A stretch of 13,564 bases of DNA from Chthonomonadales bacterium (GTDB lineage: Bacteria; Armatimonadota; Chthonomonadetes; Chthonomonadales; Chthonomonadaceae): NCBI GenBank assembly GCA_038217285.1, contig JBBQPO010000166.1:1-13564 (forward strand), given 5' to 3'. Under the pieces are notes generated by a model, which did not search any database, was not told the origin of the DNA, and was given only the letters and a program-made list of their open reading frames with translations. Below are positions 11,283 to 13,564 of this stretch, piece by piece; position 1 is the stretch's first letter; each line of letters starts with the position of its first letter. A program made the position numbers and the translations under genes.

Positions 11283-12242
11283 ATGACGGCAACGCCCTTA
11301 ATCACGCATCTCTATACCGCCGATCCCTCTGTGCACGTCTTCGGGGGGCGCCTCTACCTCTATCCGTCTCACGATCGCGAGACCGACATTCCGGCGAACG
11401 ATAACGGCGATCAGTACGACATGACGGACTATCATGTGTTCTCTTTGGACGCCATCGAGGGCCATGTGACCGATCATGGGGTCGCGCTTGCCCTGGAGCA
11501 GATTCCCTGGGCATCGAGACAACTCTGGGCGCCTGATGCCGCCGCGAAAGACGGAAGCTACTATCTCTACTTCCCGGCGCGTGACCACGCGGGACTCTTT
11601 CGCATCGGAGTCGCCGTCAGTCCTGTTCCCGAGGGGCCGTTCACGCCAGAGCCGGAGCCGGTTGCCGGAAGTTACAGCATCGATCCGTGCAGCTTTGTGG
11701 ACGAAAACGGCCAGGGCTACCTCTATTTCGGAGGGATCTGGGGGGGACAGCTTCAGTGCTGGCAAGCGGGGCAGTTCGATCCGACCGGACAGGAGCCTGC
11801 CGGAGAGGGGCCAGCGCTCATGCCGCGCGTCGGGCGCCTCAGCAACGATATGCGCTCCTTTATAGGCGGCGTTCGGGAGGTGACTCTGCTGGACGAAGAC
11901 GGAACGCCCTTAAAGGCGAGCGACCACGATCGCCGTTTCTTCGAGGCAGCGTGGGTCCATCGACGCGGGGACCTCTACTACTTCTCCTACTCCACCGGAG
12001 ACACGCACTTCCTGGTCTATGCGATAGGCGACAGCCCGCTCGGCCCGTTTACCTATCGTGGCCGTATCCTCGAACCGGTAATAGGATGGACGACGCATCA
12101 CTCTATCGTGGAGTTTCGGGGGAGATGGTACCTCTTCTATCATGACGCCTCGCTCTCCGGCGGAGAGAACCATCTCCGCTGCGTCAAGGTAAGCGAGATC
12201 TTCTACGCGCCGGACGGCTCAATCCTACCGGTGAATGGTTAG
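11283..12242 (+). CDS. GH43 beta-xylosidase/alpha-L-arabinofuranosidase (subfamily 1-like), cytoplasmic
   Basis: ATG 11283 after a (GGA)4 RBS. YTADPS (base Asp), WAPD, SIDP (pKa-modulator Asp), FFEA (acid Glu) and GWTTHHS. No signal peptide. Confidence 0.93.
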   Translation: MTATPLITHLYTADPSVHVFGGRLYLYPSHDRETDIPANDNGDQYDMTDYHVFSLDAIEGHVTDHGVALALEQIPWASRQLWAPDAAAKDGSYYLYFPARDHAGLFRIGVAVSPVPEGPFTPEPEPVAGSYSIDPCSFVDENGQGYLYFGGIWGGQLQCWQAGQFDPTGQEPAGEGPALMPRVGRLSNDMRSFIGGVREVTLLDEDGTPLKASDHDRRFFEAAWVHRRGDLYYFSYSTGDTHFLVYAIGDSPLGPFTYRGRILEPVIGWTTHHSIVEFRGRWYLFYHDASLSGGENHLRCVKVSEIFYAPDGSILPVNG

Positions 12243-12256
12243 CTCGGTACGATTTG

Positions 12257-12277
12257 CCTGTGCGCTAAAAGCACAGG
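12257..12277. terminator. Hairpin between convergent genes, possible terminator
   Basis: CCTGTGC-gctaaaa-GCACAGG is a perfect 7-bp stem 14 nt after the GH43 stop. No clear U-tract on either strand. Confidence 0.35.
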
Positions 12278-12359
12278 GATAGCCTGCGGCGTGGAAATGG
12301 CCGAGATGCTGGATATTGTTGCGCAGAATGCGGATCACGTCGTCCTCCATGATCTGCAT
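12276..12359 (-). pseudogene. Internal fragment of a hydroxypyruvate-isomerase (Hyi)/xylose-isomerase-like TIM-barrel gene
   Basis: Minus strand translates MQIMEDDVIRILRNNIQHLGHFHAAGYP, matching the Hyi-family segment (YH)MQIMEGDxIRxIxxNxxxIGHFHxAGxPGR. Neither flank continues the similarity. Confidence 0.7.
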
Positions 12360-12365
12360 GACTGA

Positions 12366-12767
12366 TTATGGATAGAGGTTGAGGTGTAACCAGTGACGAC
12401 GCGCCCTGAGCTGAAAATCAGAATTTAGCTTAAGACACATGACCGTCACACGACCTGTTGCGGTCAGGCCAACAACATGAGCGGAAGCAGAATCATACCG
12501 GAAATGCGCTTCCCAGCGATCCTGGCGTGGATGGAAGAGCGGCACAGAACGTGCATCGACTTCATCCCAGGCTTCCCTGGTACTTGCCTTATGTAAGTTG
12601 CAGGATTCGCAGGCAAGCGCGATGTTATCCGCCTCCGAACCGCCACCTGAAGATCGTGGCAGTATGTGTTCTACTTCAAAGCTAAAGTTGAACACCTGTT
12701 CGGGAGCGCGGCAATATTCGCACCGGTTTTCGGCACGTTCCGCAACTGTCGGATAGAGGGGATTCAC
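12366..12767 (-). CDS. Zinc-finger HNH endonuclease
   Basis: 133 aa. RAENRCEYC, EVEHILPRSSGG, DNIALACESCNLHK (CxxC...H...N...CxxCN) and a PLFHPR..RWEAHF...GLTATGRVTV tail. GTG start overlaps the upstream TGA (GTGA). Confidence 0.92.
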   Translation of the reverse strand: MNPLYPTVAERAENRCEYCRAPEQVFNFSFEVEHILPRSSGGGSEADNIALACESCNLHKASTREAWDEVDARSVPLFHPRQDRWEAHFRYDSASAHVVGLTATGRVTVMCLKLNSDFQLRARRHWLHLNLYP

Positions 12768-13075
12768 GACTTCACAATAGGAAGAACCTGCGTGCGGCTA
12801 ATCGTCGCATCAAATGAGGCTTCAACGAGGCGTTCCCACTCCTGCCGTTCGACTTCGGTGAGTGACTCTCTTCGGCCTTTCAGTTCCTGAAGTCGGTCTT
12901 GCTGTGCCTGGGTAAAGAACACATCGCCCTGATTATACGGCAGTATAACGATAGGGGTAGGGGCGTTGTCTGCCAGTCGTGTCATCAGCGCATTGAGCGC
13001 TTCCTGCGGCGTTGCACCGAAGTCCTGCTCACTGCCTGCGGTCACTCGGAAGTGAGCCGTCTGTCGCCTGTCCAT
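12764..13075 (-). CDS. Small hypothetical protein, putative antitoxin/partner of the HNH nuclease (HicB-like N-terminal motif)
   Basis: AGGAG at 13088..13084 is best spaced to ATG 13075 (alternative start 13081). About 103 aa with FRVTAG...GATPQEALNAL and a charged helical C-terminus. Coupled to the HNH gene. Confidence 0.75.
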   Translation of the reverse strand: MDRRQTAHFRVTAGSEQDFGATPQEALNALMTRLADNAPTPIVILPYNQGDVFFTQAQQDRLQELKGRRESLTEVERQEWERLVEASFDATISRTQVLPIVKS

Positions 13076-13118
13076 CGGCATGTCTCCTGTTATTCGCTAA
13101 GTAGCCGTCCGGTCAACG

Positions 13119-13169
13119 CTCGTAGAAATTTCGCGCGTGCTGATCTCGCTGGCCTCGTAGAAATTACGA
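13119..13169. repeat. Direct repeat CTCGTAGAAATT(T/A)CG x2 upstream of the HNH pair
   Basis: Copies start at 13119 and 13154 and match at 14/15. The second contains the palindrome TCGTA-N5-TACGA (13155-13169). Confidence 0.6.
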
Positions 13170-13199
13170 ACCTTCAGCGGATGGCCGCTTAGTACAACC

Positions 13200-13208
13200 A
13201 TTGTACCA
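13200..13208 (-). promoter_or_regulatory. Putative extended -10 promoter (TGgTACAAT) for the hypothetical-HNH pair
   Basis: Minus strand reads TGGTACAAT at 13208..13200, about 125 nt upstream of the start codon. No -35 match. Confidence 0.4.
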
Positions 13209-13226
13209 TAACCAGGGATCGCGGTC

Positions 13227-13310
13227 TTTGCCCTCCAGTAAGGCTGTACCGAGCAATGGCCGCAGTCCCATAGCTGGAACAGCCACTCGCAGTTCCTGCC
13301 CATTCCAGTG
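13227..13310 (-). pseudogene. C-terminal fragment of a clan AA (retropepsin-like) aspartic protease gene
   Basis: Minus strand reads HWNGQELRVAVPAMGLRPLLGTALLEGK, matching the WxG...V...(R)PLLGxxLL C-terminal motif of small bacterial clan AA proteases. The catalytic DTG motif and a proper start are not present. Confidence 0.55.
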
Positions 13311-13444
13311 GAACGGAGGGCGAATCTAAAGACGCATCTTCCGCTCGTTTGCATGTTGGCATGATGAGCCCTCCACGTTCCTTTTACCGCCTACACGTCG
13401 CAGATACGGTACGCCATTTCCAGACTATTGACCTTCAGGTGATC

Positions 13445-13564
13445 TAGCAACGAACCGCCCAGGTTTGCGTATTGTGAGTATGAACACCTTAATTCTTACC
13501 CGAAAACAGATCCAACAGAAGCGTTACGAAGCCGCCGCTCTCTTTGAGCAAGACCTCTCCAACG
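13445..13564 (+). mobile_element. Left end of a probable IS630-family insertion sequence; runs off the window
   Basis: CTAG at 13444-13447 (IS630 elements duplicate TA, often within CTAG) lies about 35 nt before a transposase-like ORF. The boundary is inferred because the right end is not visible. Confidence 0.55.
13480..13564 (+). CDS. N-terminus of a putative IS630-family transposase (partial): MNTLILTRKQIQQKRYEAAALFEQDLSN
   Basis: Resembles the LTRxQxxxRRxxAxxLFxxGxSxAEVAR lead-in to the HTH of IS630 ORFs. Only 28 codons are visible. Confidence 0.6.
   Translation, partial: MNTLILTRKQIQQKRYEAAALFEQDLSN

Noticed and set aside
13097-13354. 85-aa minus-strand ORF with Cys/Trp residues, and a 57-aa ORF at 13189..13362
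   Set aside because: No family motifs; the region is better explained by a degraded protease fragment in a third frame plus promoter and leader sequence.
12243-13444. Integron cassette array or CRISPR array around the HNH pair
   Set aside because: No attC-like RYYYAAC...GTTRRRY inverted structures and no regularly spaced repeat-spacer series were found; only one repeat pair is present.

Overview
GC-rich bacterial window carrying a divergent xylan/arabinoxylan utilisation locus flanked by defence and mobile debris. The leftward operon encodes a GH10 endoxylanase, a LacI-family regulator, a tandem two-domain CE1-type esterase and a GH51 arabinofuranosidase whose catalytic core has been deleted. 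The rightward operon encodes a sugar ABC transporter (binding protein plus two permeases, no ATPase) and a cytoplasmic GH43 xylosidase. The shared intergenic region holds three 18-bp CG-centred palindromes placed just downstream of the two -10 boxes, a probable LacI operator set. The left end has a type I R-M hsdM and a YhcG/DUF1016 PD-(D/E)XK gene cut by an IS1-like element. The right end has an intact, translationally coupled pair (small HicB-like protein plus Zn-finger HNH nuclease, a candidate toxin-antitoxin or defence module). It sits between short remnants of a hydroxypyruvate-isomerase-family gene and a clan AA aspartic protease gene, followed by the start of an IS630-like transposase. 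All family calls come from motif recognition by eye; no database searches were run.
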